NCBI RefSeq assembly: GCF_018350175.1
Contig: NC_058368.1
Span: 208,942,001-209,006,000 of the forward strand
Length of the DNA: 64,000 nt
Direction of reading: 5' to 3'
Source: Felis catus
Lineage: Eukaryota
In this document: in pieces, positions 1 through 12,590 of the stretch
Layout: the number at the start of each line of letters is the position of its first letter
Numbering within the stretch: position 1 is the stretch's first letter
Translations under genes and position numbers: made by a program
Notes under the pieces: model-generated
What the model was told of the DNA's origin: nothing
Seen by the model: only the letters and a program-made list of their open reading frames with translations
The model's database searches: none

Positions 1-760
1 ATAAAAATAGTAAATGTTAAAGAAACGTTTGTCATTTCCTAGTGAAGAGTATCTCTACGTTGAATAGAGAAAAAAAAATTTCAGAGCATGTGACAATGCA
101 GAGACTGGAATTAAAACTAGTTTTTCCTTTAAGTTTGTTTCAAAAATAAATGAGGAAAATGCAATTATTATGTTTTTAAAAGCTATTTATTGTGAAAGTT
201 ATAGTATAGTTTTTAGTTATTAGGAAACTATATAGCTGTTAACATCCCTGACTGAAGACAGTATTTGGTTCCATATACGTGCCGAGCTTGGCATTCTAAA
301 ATATAATGATGTAGGGGTGTATTTTTTTATTTTAGAAGAGGATGTGAGAATACAATCACTAGTATTTTATTCAAGTAAATGGATTCATGTAGGATAGACC
401 TGAAGCCACCGTTGTCTGTGCCTAGCCGAGCAAGCACACCACTAACTGCTGATAGGAAGGATGAGATGTTGTCTTTTATGTAAATTAAAACTCAACATAG
501 TAAGTACCTTACCACAGCAGAGTGCGGTATTTCCAAAAGAAATGACTATTCTGGTTTTTAATGACAAGAACACAATAAAAGAAGAGACATTTTTGGTCCT
601 TCTAGCAAAATGCCCACCCTCTTTATCCATTCCAAAGAATACACTTATTTTCTTACATTCCAAGAAGACTTAAAACTTCAGAAAATAAATCAAAGAGACA
701 TTTTAAAGTTCCTTTAACATAACATTCTACTTACTATGTAAACAAACACAGTGCTGTCTA

Positions 761-996
761 GGACAGGGGGTGGGGATGGGGCGGCCTGGGCAGCTCAGTC
801 ACGGTTAAGCGTCCAACTCTTGATTTCGGCTCAGGTCATGGTCTCAGGGTTCAGTTTGTGAGATGGAGCCGGGGTCGGGCTCTGTGCTGATAGCACACAG
901 AGTCTGCTTGGGATTCTCTCTCTCTCCCTCTCTTTCTCTGCCCCTCCCCTGTTTGTGTGCTCTCTCTCTCAAAAACAAATAAACTTCAAAAGAACA
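761..996 (+). mobile_element. CAN-SINE (SINEC)
   Basis: tRNA-like head, (CT)n, A-tail; degenerate TSD aaacaaaca..tgctgtcta. Confidence 0.88.
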
Positions 997-1628
997 AAAC
1001 AAACAATGCTGTCTAATATTAAGAACAAAAATGCAAACAAATCTTAAATCAATTATGTAAAAGACCACTTTAAAGTGCCATGGCTTTGTCCCTATTTGAA
1101 GTTTTCTCTTCACCCATCTATTAATATGGATCTCAAAATCTGTTTTCTGACTTTTCTAACATAATTCAATATAAGGTACAGTCCATTTACTTAATGACCA
1201 TTCTCTTTTGTTTGCTTCTCTTCATTTGCTCATCCCTTAAAATTCAGGTTTCCTAGGGCTCATATTCTCCATCCTTTGTGCCTTAAACTAATCAGCAGCC
1301 ACTATTTCAACTACAAAACTGCAAATATTTCTCCCAAAACTGTGTCTTCTCTTAGGCACCAAACCCATGTACCCATCTGCCTACTATCTCCACCCAGACA
1401 TCCTGCTGGCATTTCAAGCTCAACATATCAACAATGCACTATATTTCTTCCAAATTCTGCTTTCTTTTCTTTTTCTTTCTTTTTTAATCTCAGAGAATAC
1501 TGGCCCAGTTTCCCAAGTAATAAACCTCAGCCTTCATACACAAATGAAATCTTATAAATCTAACCTTCACACTTCAGTAAAAATTAACTGTTCTAAAGCC
1601 TAAATCTGATTGTGTCATTCCGATGTTT

Positions 1629-1663
1629 TAAACAAACAAACAAACAAACAAACAAACAAACAA
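1629..1663. repeat. (AAAC)n microsatellite
   Basis: About 8 tandem AAAC units. Confidence 0.9.
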
Positions 1664-3432
1664 AGACAAAGTCACCTTCTTATTATGGCATACAAGATCA
1701 GGTTACTTTTCCATCTCTCCTGCCTCACTCTTTAAGACACACTTGCGCTCTCCAGTATGCATTACACGTACTTCTCCAGGATACCATTCACTTATTCAAT
1801 AACTATTGATTAAATACGACCTGTATGTCTGTCAGTTCTAAGCACTGAGGACATCACAGCAAACACAACAACGTTTCTGCTCTAGTGGGCTTACATCCTG
1901 GTGGAAGAACACAGATAAAACAAATAAACATACAATAGATGCAATGGCCGTAAGGGCTATGGAGAAAAAGATCTAGCTAGAAAAGCAACTCAGAGCAACA
2001 CAGCAAATGGCATGTTCTATACACTACAAAAACCTAGTGTGTCTTAAAAGTGCAATCACACATCCCTTAATTTATTTAGGTTTCAATTTTAATTATACTT
2101 TAAAACCACAACACCATGAGTAATCCTGAAATGTACAGTCATTGAGGCATAACAGAACATGGCTTACTTCTGGAACAACCAATTATAATAATTTTATTTT
2201 TTGAGATTAAAGTTGATAGAGTCAAGAGTGTTTGCTTTGATTCTAGCATTTTAGTTGGCTCTTGGCTATACCCCCAAAAAATTATTATTAGTGCTGGCAC
2301 ATTTCAAATTATGTCATGAGATTAGAATCTATAAAACCCAAGTACTCATCTAGAATTAGTCTCATTGTTATTTCATTGTCTCTAACTATACCATGGTTTC
2401 AAATTTAGGGCCTACAAATTAAGACTCCATAGTAATACTAGAGCATTAGAGACAGGAGCTTTTTACTGGTGATTTAAAAACAGTTGTTCAATTGTCTGAA
2501 TCATTTAAGTACATAATATGTCCCAACTGTTTACAAAGAGCTGAAACAACTGGAGAAGCCTACATTAAGGGCACTGTTTAAGATATAGGATATTGCTAAA
2601 GGATTTGACAGTGAGCCAAAGGAAACTTACAGACATTAATTGGTCTGTTTCATATTCAGAAAATAACAATGACTTACCTTACTATCGAAATAATAATACA
2701 TACTTTAGAAGACTATAAAGGATTTCAGATTTTCCTCTGGGAAACTTCACTATTACTGCATCACAAACAGCTCCAGTCTCAGGACAGGAATGAATGAATC
2801 AATGAATCAGTGCAAGCATGCTGGAGTTTTAGTGCTTATATAAATATGTAAAGAAAACTAGTGGATTTTTTTTTTTTTTTTAGATAGCAGAAGTTAAATC
2901 TGAAATGTTTTAAGCTTCCAAATAACTAAATAGAAATTGAGCTCAGTGGAAACTCAGTCTTACAGCAATGACAATTCTGGCAAGCCAAATTCTGTCAAAG
3001 ATTTCGTGGTTTAGGAAACGATGACACAATTCATCACTTTCTGAGGGCATAACTTTCATTTCTTTCCACAATCCCTGAATCTTCACAAACATGCACACTG
3101 TGGGACACTCGTTTCTACAGCCTACATAATAATTAGGTTAGCTTCTGCTCTCTTCAAACTGGTTGGCAGAGGGGCAAACATCCTCAGCCCAGCTGAAATT
3201 ATGACTGAAGTGTGACAGACCCATAGGAAATACTGGGTCAAAGGAAGGGAAAGGGTAGATCAGCCAATCTGCACCAGTCTAATAATTCCTGTGCCGGAGA
3301 AAAAAAGCAACTACCATTGCACTGTAAGGGCCAGGGCTTATGTTCTATTTAAAAACTAAAACCAAAACAAAAGATGACTAAGAGGCAAACTTCACTTCAT
3401 TCTCAAGGCTGAGAAGAAAAGAATTTACATAC

Positions 3433-3571
3433 CGCATCTGTGATGTCTATTTCATACACCCTTTGGAAAGTCCGGCGCTCAAAGAAAACAAGTTTGCCGC
3501 TGCCACATCCCCTTTGAACAGATGTCCCAGTGACCACGAGTTTATCATCTGGACTGAAACAGCAGTCGGTC
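3433..3571 (-). CDS. WDR70: WDR70 internal coding exon (139 nt; about human exon 13)
   Basis: Minus strand tgtag|G ACC GAC TGC...GAT GCG|gtatgt. Encodes (M)TDCCFSPDDKLVVTGTSVQRGCGSGKLVFFERRTFQRVYEIDITDA, recognised as WDR70. Phase fits the preceding exon (AT|G). Confidence 0.96.
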
Positions 3572-3669
3572 CTACAGACAAAAAAACAGTATATAAGCAT
3601 AAGCTTATGACCCTACAACAGTGAGTTAAATACAGTTTAAACAACACCATTGTAATAAGAAGTAACTCT

Positions 3670-3890
3670 TATAGAGGGCTTACAGTAACTCAAGCACTTA
3701 TTTTTTTGTTTGTTTAATTTTCACAATAATCCCATGAGGTAGATATTATTATTCCCATTTTACCGATGAGGAAACTGAGGCAGAGAGAGATTAAATAAAC
3801 CTTGCCCAAGATCACAAAAGTAAGTGGTGCAGCTGGGTTTTGAACTTAGGCAGTCTGATTCCAGAATGTGTGCTTTTAACTTCTACGTGC
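3670..3890 (-). mobile_element. MIR
   Basis: MIR core 'attcccattttaccgatgaggaaactgaggcagagagagattaa...ttgcccaagatcaca'. Confidence 0.85.
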
Positions 3891-5037
3891 TATATGTTTT
3901 AATGTAAAGGAAGTATGGGGAAAACTCAATGATAGACACTGACGGTACTATAGACAAATAGACATTGTATGACTAATGTCTAAGCAGTGATTATTTTGTC
4001 CAGTTTTGGAACTATGTTTTTTATCACCACTAACCACCATCCCCAAATAATTTGAGGTTTGTCAAGTCAAGCACCATGAAATGAGGAGCAGGTTGGACCG
4101 CTGGAACCTGACTGATGGCTAGAATTCAACAGTTCTTGTTATTAGAGATCTGGCCACCTGATTGTGAATAGTCTAAGACATGATCCAAAGAAGTCATGCA
4201 GTTAGCATAGCTTACAGCAGGCATAATAGTTCAAAAAAGTCTCATCAGCTATAAATTCATGTTTGTTTGTCCATCTGTTTGTCTTAACAGATAAATGCCA
4301 TGGGCAATGGACCGCGCTAGAATTAGTGCTCTGCTATTACACTGTTTCCTGCACTTGGCGCCTCCATCAACTTCACGCTCTCCCTGTTGGTCATTATTTA
4401 ACACAGATGTGAAATTTTATTTCTACATAAATAGAAACTTTTGCTTAGGCACCAACTGTAGGACTTAAAGTTCAAATCCCACCTCAGCTGCCTCAGAAAA
4501 ATCTTTACGTGTTTCAGTTGTCAACGTAAGACAATGGAGAGAACAGTGTTCAGCTACCTCGAGCAGGATGTTCTGACCAAGTGAAGGATAGTGAATTATT
4601 GACTGGAATTGAGATAAGAAAAATTGAGAAAACAATATATAATAATGCTCAGTAACTATGGAAAATTGCTTTGATGGAATGGGATTCAAATTTTAAAAGA
4701 CAACAATACGGAGGTTTACCCTGTCATTTATACATATTAAAAAAAAAAAAAACAACTGAATCCCTTAAAATATTTTTACTGCCCCAAGACCTATGTGTGT
4801 ATACACATAAACACACACATACAAATACATGAACATACATCATTTCAACTTCCAAAGAATTTTATGGTCTGAAGAATGTACAAATGAAAAGAAAAAATAA
4901 AATGCATCTTCAAAAACAGATTTCAAATACTCTTCATATTTCTTTTTAGAAGACATACGATATAAATTAACATTAAGGTGAAGAAATTTCTTGTTCATTC
5001 TCTTACGTTTATCAATTATTTAAAATATTCTACTTAC

Positions 5038-5122
5038 ATTGGGAACATGGTAGGAAGACCCGAGGCTGAAAAAAGTGGCTTATTAAACTGTCGAATGTCC
5101 CATAATTTCAATGTATCATCAC
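5038..5122 (-). CDS. WDR70: WDR70 internal coding exon (85 nt; about human exon 12)
   Basis: Strong polypyrimidine tract, tattag|GT GAT GAT ACA TTG AAA TTA TGG GAC...CCA AT|gtaagt. Encodes (G)DDTLKLWDIRQFNKPLFSASGLPTMFP(M), containing the WD40 'LKLWD' motif. Not shown in the ORF track. Confidence 0.96.
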
Positions 5123-7794
5123 CTAATAGAGGAAAGAGAAAGAAAAGACAGAAAGTGCATTGTGCAAAAAGAACTAGTTCCAAGCTTAGAGTTTGCTAAC
5201 CTTAGTGTATAACTATAGGAAGGAAAGAAAGAAAAAAAAAAAAAGAAAAAGAAAGAAAGAAGCACATAAGTGTTTTACTTTTTTTAACTGTTTGGGGAGT
5301 TTGAAAGTAGTAGATGTGAGAACAGTAGAAAGATATATGATAATGAACTGGTCTCCTAGAAATAAATTTTCCAACTGATGTAGCATCTGTAGGCTAGAAG
5401 GAACCCTGGAGAATCTACTCTAAGGAGTGATTTTACAGCAGCTGGCAGTTCCCCTAAGGTACAGTTGAGCATAACCTGACTGCTTAAGAAGATATTAATT
5501 TAACAACCATCAGGACTGAAAATAGTTCAATTCACAACAGATTCTTTCTCCCGTTGGTGTGTAGATGAAGCTATCCATTAACATTAATGAGGGTGAGCCA
5601 TGTGATTCCCTTCCCTCCAGTGTAACTCCACATGTGGCTATCACTCTTCACTTTGCTGGGGAGTACAGCTTTTCCAAGCTCTTTAAAGTATAATGGATAT
5701 TCTTCTAAGAATCACTTTTTTATATTTCTATAGGGCTACTAACTAATATTCTTGACCGGAATGAAAGCCAAAACTCATATAAGTAATGTCTTTGCTGCTC
5801 TTTTTCCCCCATGTCCACAGCTGAGACCCGCCTCAACCCCTTGGGTCCAATAAGGAATCAATATCAGGTGCAAGTGAGGTGAGTGGAGAGTTCAATAAAA
5901 GTCTCCCCTCTCTCCCAAGTGACTCTTCCTCTGAAACACAACTTTTGGCAGGTGCACTAATCCACAACTGGCTGGACTGGGGTCCTGCTTATATTGGAAG
6001 AACTTTGTAAGATTCACCTTTTTGCTTTTAGTCTTGAAAAAAAAAAAGATTACATATCCTCACAATTCTCAAACAGTAAAAAAAAAAAAAAACATTAATC
6101 TGCATTAAAGAGTTTAGCTAAACTGGCAGGTTCTGGAACTAGCAGGAACATCTTACAACACCCAGGGACTCTGCTGAATTGACTTCCATCTGTCATATTC
6201 TATACACTCAGGAAGAAAAAGGATGGAATATAGTATATATGTTGTGTTGGCAACATGGTACCCAACAGCTATTACAGGATGGAAGGGGAAGGTAAGAATT
6301 ATCACCAAAATGGCTTTGACTGAAATGGAATTAGTCCTATACTTCTAGTACTTAACAACTGGGTTGGGGCTGGCCTGTTTTAGAATCCTCTGAGAAGAAT
6401 TTTCAAACTACACTTCTCTTATTCCCCTCTTGTCTCCCCACTGCACGTTGGAGATTTGGGTACACCTTCTAAAGGGGCAAGAGTAAATGTGAGAATTTCT
6501 AGGTGAAACATATATCATTTGAAAAACTTTCCCAGAAGATTCAGATACAGACTCTTGGGGTAAGAACCACTATTTGTAAGTAAAGAGTACACATAGTTTT
6601 AATTAAGAGTCATCTCAGGACTTGAACAGGTTAGAATTGATAAACCAAAATACATATTTTATAATACCCACCTTTTCCATATTTACCATAAATAGAAAAT
6701 ACATATACATGTGCTTTGATTTTTTACAATTATGTAAGTAAGGGTAGTTTGGACATAATAGAGAAGGCTTCCTCAGAGGACAGAGAACCTGAATACAGTC
6801 CCCGAGGTACACAGACATGGAATGGCTGAACTGAGTGAAAGCTGTACCAAGTCTCTCCATCTCCCCCTCACTCCCACTACTCTCTACACCAGGTTGCAAA
6901 TTCTTGCAGGGAAGGAACTCTGTCTATCATGTTCACATTGTATACCCAGCACCTAGCATAATGGTAACTCAGAGTAGTTACTCAACATAATATAGTAGTT
7001 GATGGAGTGAATGAATGACTGAATGTAGTGTTGCTAGATTAACATGGCCTATGGAATAAAGACTAAATTCTTTATTTGATATTTAAAGCCATCTGTAACA
7101 TGGCTCCCACCTACTTACTCTGCTGTTTCTTTCCCTCCCCACAAATGGGCCTCCAGGAAGATCCTCAGTCATGTCCCATACTTCACGTAATGCTTTACTC
7201 ATAAGCCGTCCTTACTATTCTCTTATCTCCTTCAGTTAACACTTAGCTTATCCATGTGAGAAGGATTCAGCAAAAAGGTACAACCCATATTCAACCATAT
7301 GAGTGTGGATAAGTAAACTTATAATATGGTCACATAAAACTACATAGCTATTTAAAAAATGACACCCAGGTATACAACTTTTTTTTTTTTAACTGAATTG
7401 TTATAGTGTTTGAACTGGAAAAAAAAAATTAATGGTGAGCTAACAGAAGACTCTAAATTTAAAAACAGTATAGAAATACTGTAGAAATTCATCTACAAAA
7501 TTCCATAAAGTAGAGGCAAAGGTCATCCTTGGAGGCTTCAAACTCTGATGGAATTTGAAGCTAAAATAAAAACTCAGGCAAAAAAGTACATATTTTCTAA
7601 ATTTGACTTGACAACTTCTAATAAAACAATTTTGCCAAATTGGATATGCATTTTAATGAAAAAGAAGACTGACAAAGTTACATTAACAAAAGCACAGCTA
7701 CCTTTACTGTTAAGATATTAGTGTAACATTTATTAGGGTTAATTATGATCATTTTATATATAGAAATACATCCAAAAGAAAGTTTTTAACCTAC

Positions 7795-7894
7795 CTCCAC
7801 GAGAAGCAAGGACATTACCATCATAGGAAAAAGTCACGCAGGAAGTGTCTGTTCCTGGGTCATGAGCCTGTTTATAGTGGAATTTAGGATGAAC
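7795..7894 (-). CDS. WDR70: WDR70 internal coding exon (100 nt; about human exon 11)
   Basis: aaacag|GTT CAT CCT AAA...CGT GGA G|gtaggt. Encodes VHPKFHYKQAHDPGTDTSCVTFSYDGNVLASRG(G), in frame with the next two exons. Confidence 0.96.
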
Positions 7895-8234
7895 CTGTTT
7901 GCAAAGACAAGCAAAGTGTTAATTAACATCTCATCTGAATTCAAACAAGAACATTTCTGTGGCAAGAGTATTTTACTCTATCATCTAGAAAAGGATATAT
8001 GTAAAATATTAATTTCATTTGATTATAGTTTTCTTTATCCTGGAAAAAAATTCAAATAGTTTCCAAAAACATCCATTTGCTCTAATAATAAAAAAGAGAT
8101 TAAGTAAGTCCCATCTTTCAGACTGCCTTCGCAAGCTCTGAGCAACACAAGATCAACTCAGTATTCAGTTCTTATAAAGTTATTGGGACCATTTCCTATA
8201 GTTATCTGAAAGAGTAATATAAATAAAAATTACA

Positions 8235-8456
8235 GGGGCGCCTGGGTGGCGCAGTCGGTTAAGCGTCCGACTTCAGCCAGGTCACGATCTCGCGGTCCGT
8301 GGGTTCAAGCCCCGCGTCAGGCTCTGGGCTAATGGCTCAGAGCCTGGAGCCTGTTTCCGATTCTGTGCCTCCCTCTCTCTCTGCCCCTCCCCCGTTCATG
8401 CTCTGTCTCTCTCTGTCCCAAAAATAAATAAAAAAGTTGAAAAAAAAAATTAAAAA
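8235..8456 (+). mobile_element. Young felid SINEC_Fc
   Basis: Full length, CpG-rich, TSD aaaaattaca. Confidence 0.95.
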
Positions 8457-8589
8457 AAAAATTACAAGTGAACATATTATTTATTAAATCAAATGTATCA
8501 TTGTAGGACTGCCTGGCTGGCTCAGTCAGTAAAGTGTGTGAATCTTGATCTCAGGGTTCTGAGTTTAAGACCCATGTTGGGTGTGTTGC

Positions 8590-8684
8590 CTATATATATG
8601 TGTGTGTGTATATATATACATATATAGACATATAGACATATAGACATATATATATATGTCTATATATGTATATATATATACATA
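8590..8684. repeat. Compound (TA)/(TG)/(TAGACATA) microsatellite after a short SINE head (about 8506-8589)
   Basis: Direct reading. Confidence 0.8.
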
Positions 8685-8829
8685 CCACTGTATTCCTAGT
8701 ATATGCCAGACACTGGGCATGTGGTTGTAGGCCTTGAACTGTCTTGTATGTGCCTGTAGGATAATGTTGTTGCGGGGGAGGAGGAGGGGGAGAGGTAACC
8801 CTGCCGCAATGCTAATCATACCCTAGGCA

Positions 8830-9015
8830 CTCCATCCTCTATGGTCTCGTCTACTTCATTCTCACAGTCCACAAGTTAAGGTTCTACTATTATCATCTCT
8901 ATGTTACATATGAGGAAACTGAACCCCAGAGACTAAAGTTCCTTATCTAAAGCCACAGAGCTGGTAAGTGCTAGAGCTGGGTACAGGACCCAGGAGGCCT
9001 GCTCTTAAACACTAC
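8830..9015 (-). mobile_element. MIR
   Basis: 'atgaggaaactgaaccc...aaagccacagagctggtaagtg'. Confidence 0.7.
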
Positions 9016-9889
9016 TTCTTTTCTGGTGATGTGTGTTAGTAGTCTTTTTACTCCTAATATTGCTTCTTCACAGGTAATGACTTCTAAAAGTAACTCTACG
9101 ATACTGATCCTGTCACTCAGTTATGACTCAGTAACCAGCACAGGCTAAGGGACTAGGGAGTCAGTTATCCCAGCTCTACCAGGCTAGAAAATTCCACTGA
9201 ATGGACAGGGACACTCCTAGTGACAACAGCATGTAGGTCTCTGCTAGGAGCCACAGGTATAGGAATACAAGTGACCCCATCTCCTTTGCTCTTACCTCAA
9301 CCCTAACAAGAATTGGTCACAAACCAGAGCTTCCAGCCAATATCCCCGATGCCCTGTCAGTGAGCTTCCACCTAAAGGCTTCCAGTAATGAGGAGCACAG
9401 TACCTTACAAAAGCAGGCTGGATTTGTTTTTGTTTTTAATAGTTTATAAATATTGAGTTAAATTTGTCCTCTCTTCCTCTGACAGTCTTAGAAATTGGTA
9501 TTAAACATGGCTATCATGCTCCTACGTCTCATGGGTACAAATAATTTGTTGATTCAACTTTTCTTTTTAACTGGGTGTCAACTGTATGGCAGACATAATG
9601 TTAAGCAGGGAAACACGAATGTGCAAAGATAAACATGGCTTCTTTCCTCAGAGAGCTGACAGACAGTCCCCTCAAAGAACACAGTTAAGCATACGAAGGG
9701 ACAAGTGGTACAATGGGGATGTGAAGAGTCGTAAGTGAGCACTGAAGAGAGATGCCTAATCTAACCCTGAGAACGGGGGAGGGGGAGTGGAGGAAGAGGG
9801 GCAAAAACAAATCCTGTGACCCAGTGGATGAAAGTATGAGTTAGCAGATGAAGGAGCAGGATGCAGAGGCAAGAACGAGAGTACTGTGT

Positions 9890-10437
9890 TGTAGTAGGCA
9901 GAATTTTGACCCCCATGACCTCTTCCCTGCAGTGTCATGCCCATAAATATGTCACTCTACATGGCAAAAGGGACTCTGCAGGTATAACTAAAGTTACTAA
10001 CTGGCTATCCCTAAAATAGGGAGATTATCCTGGATTATCTAGGTGGGGCTGAAGTAGTCACATGAGTCTTTGCAAGGAGAACTTCCTCTTGGCTGAGGAC
10101 GGAACAGGAAGCCACACAGACATGACAGGAGAGTACGTCAGAGAGGCTGGAAGAATGAAAAGTGTTGGACATGTCACTGCTGACTCTAAAGATGTGTCAA
10201 GGAAATGGGTATCTGATTTCTGCCAATAACCAGTGTGTTTGAAAGAGGACTCTGAACCCCAGATGAGAGCCACATCCTTGGCCAATACTTTGATTTTAGC
10301 TTGGTGAGACCCTAAGAAGAGAATCCCACCACACCATGACAGACATCTTACCTAGAGAAATTGTGAAATAACAAATTGGTGTTTTTTTAAGGCACTAAAT
10401 TAGTGGTAATTTGTTGGGAAGCAACAGAAAGCTAACA
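9890..10437 (+). mobile_element. MaLR solo LTR (MLT1D-like), apparently within an L2 remnant
   Basis: TG...CA ends, 'gagattatcctggattatctaggtgg' and 'gtggtaatttgtt' motifs; 5-bp TSD tgtgt/tgtgc. Confidence 0.85.
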
Positions 10438-10890
10438 TGTGCATAAAGGTAAAAGAACTGGTTGGAGTCAAAGAACTAAAAGAAGCGAACCATGACTCGA
10501 GGGAAAGGTGAGGTGAAGGGCTGGTGTGAGCAGGGCCTCGATTACCAGGAGCCTTGTGGGCCATGTTCAGGACTTAGATTTTATCCTGAAGGCAAAAGAG
10601 AGCTGCTTAATGGAGTTTACTCAGAGGAGGACATGACCAGATTTGCTTATTTTAAAAAGATCATTCTGGACACATGTGGAGATAGATTAGGAATATTTTG
10701 TTCCTCAGAAAAACAAAACTCTGCTACCAAACTCAATTAGGAAAATCTGCCAATTGGTCATATTTCATCAAGTCATCAACTACTAAACTGTAAATAAAAC
10801 TTCTGAAAGAGACTGTAGGGGTAACAGTTCACCAAAAAGCCTGTGCTACCTTTGGCCTCTCAGTGAAATTAACTTGGGTTTTTGTGGGGC

Positions 10891-11090
10891 TTTTTTTAAT
10901 GTTTATTTATTTTTGAGAAAGAGTGAGAGCACAAAGGAGAGGCAGAGAGAGAGAGAGGGAGACAGAGGATCTGGAACAGGCTCTGCGCTGACAGCAGAGA
11001 GCCCAGTGTAGGGCTCAAACTCACGAACCGTGAGATCATGACCCGAGCTGGAATCGGAAGCTTAACTGACTGAGCCACCCAGGCACCCCC
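10891..11090 (-). mobile_element. CAN-SINE
   Basis: Poly-T, (GA)n, reverse head 'gactgagccacccaggcacccc'. Confidence 0.92.
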
Positions 11091-11954
11091 AACTTAGTTT
11101 TTGTGTATTTGTTTTAAATGTGTTGTTTATGTTTACTGACCCCTCATTTCAGGAGCAGTAAGGCAGTGGGGTACAGTAAAACAGGCAGTGGGCCAGGACC
11201 AGGAGATAGGAAATCTAGACTTAGTTCAGTCAAAAACTAGCAGTGCGACCAGGGACAAATTAGCCTCTCCAGATCACAAGTCAGTCTTCTGTAAAATAAA
11301 TGGACTGCGCGAGACGATTTCTAGGGTCTCTGATAGCTCTGTGATTCTTAAGAAAAAGACAAAAACTGGTATATATAAGTAATATAATATTTTCTAATTA
11401 AACTAACTGATCAATTATGTACTTTTTTATTATCAATAGGACAAAAGAGATTTTGAATGCCAATGTTTGACCATAGAAATACATATATACATAGATGTGT
11501 ATATACACATATACCAGTAAAGTGGGATACAGAACCTTAAAAGGTACAGAATCCAAGGGAATCCTGTCATATAAGCTTCAGCATGAGCTCAGTGGCAGCA
11601 GGTTGCTCCCTGTGACAGTCTGACTCTCATCCTTGTTGCTCAGACAGGGGTGAGATGAAGCTGTGAACGTGCTGTTTCCTAAATTGGTCTTGCTTCTTTT
11701 TACTGCCCTGAGTGGGATTCTAATGTTTAAAGACACATAAGGCACCTGGTACACAAGCAAGGAAAAAGTGCAATGTTTCAAAACTTAAGGAAAGATTCTG
11801 CTGGATCTAACAGGTGACAGTATAACTACAGTACAAGGAACTGAATGGCAATAAGGTATTATGACCACAGGGGATTTTGCCTTAATGTATTTTACCCAAT
11901 ATTCATCTGCCACACTTTTATGCTTTTAGGTCTCCTCATTCAGGTACTCCTTGG

Positions 11955-12100
11955 TTTGTTGTTGTTGTTGTTGTTGTTGTTTTGATTGTTTTTTAGACTT
12001 CATGCCCAGAGTGGAGCCCAACATGGGGCTTGAACTCATGACCCTGAGATCAACACCTGAACTGAGATAAAGGGTTGGACTGAGGCACCCAAGTGCCCCC
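11955..12100 (-). mobile_element. Older CAN-SINE with (GTT)n tail
   Basis: 'ggggcttgaactcatgaccctgagatc...cacccaagtgcccc'. Confidence 0.75.
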
Positions 12101-12378
12101 ATTTAGGTACTACTTTAAAAAGCCACTCTATTGGAGGTTGGGTGTTTTGAAACTTCTCCAATTCGTTGTTTGCAATGCAAAACGTGTGAATATATGCCAC
12201 AAAACAAGTCCCACCTTGTCTTTGTGACTTCCAGTATTTTCTATTGCCTTATCGATATACATCTAGGTACAACACTCTTTTAGAGTGACAAATTGCTGCA
12301 TATTAATGACTAAGATTTCAAAGGAGAGACTGCACTCAAAATTTCTAAATCATTTCCTTTTTTAAAGGACCCAGTAAA

Positions 12379-12590
12379 GGGGCACCTGTGTGGCTCAGTC
12401 AGTTAAGTGTCTCACTCTTGGTTTTGGCTCAGGTTATGATCTCACAGTTTGTGAGTTTAAGCCCCGAGTCAGGCTCTGTGATGACAGCACGGAGCCTGCT
12501 TTGTATCCTCCTTATCCCTGTCTCTCTGTCCCTCCTCTGCTTGCTCTCTCTCTCTGAAAAAAATAAACTTAAAAAAAACTTTTTTAAAAG
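12379..12590 (+). mobile_element. CAN-SINE
   Basis: Head, (CT)n, A-tail, degenerate TSD. Confidence 0.9.

Larger units (their letters stand above)
1..3432 (-). other. WDR70: WDR70 intron downstream of the 139-nt exon
   Basis: GT donor at 3432; the next expected peptide (SVVRCLWHPKLNQ) is not seen in the window. Confidence 0.8.

Noticed and set aside
513..550. Possible 38-nt minus-strand pseudo-exon (ccag|...GTG|gtaagg)
   Set aside because: Frame-shifting, interrupted pyrimidine tract, no WDR70 homology. Such sites are common by chance and would need junction reads.
3403..3650. ORF-track proteins overlapping the 139-nt exon
   Set aside because: Only 3433-3571 in one frame is exonic; the flanks are intron read-through.
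4345..4375. CTCF-like 'ggaggcgcc'
   Set aside because: Lacks the CCAG/CTAG part of the core.
8235..8320. tRNA-like A/B boxes here and in other copies
   Set aside because: These are SINE heads, not tRNA genes.
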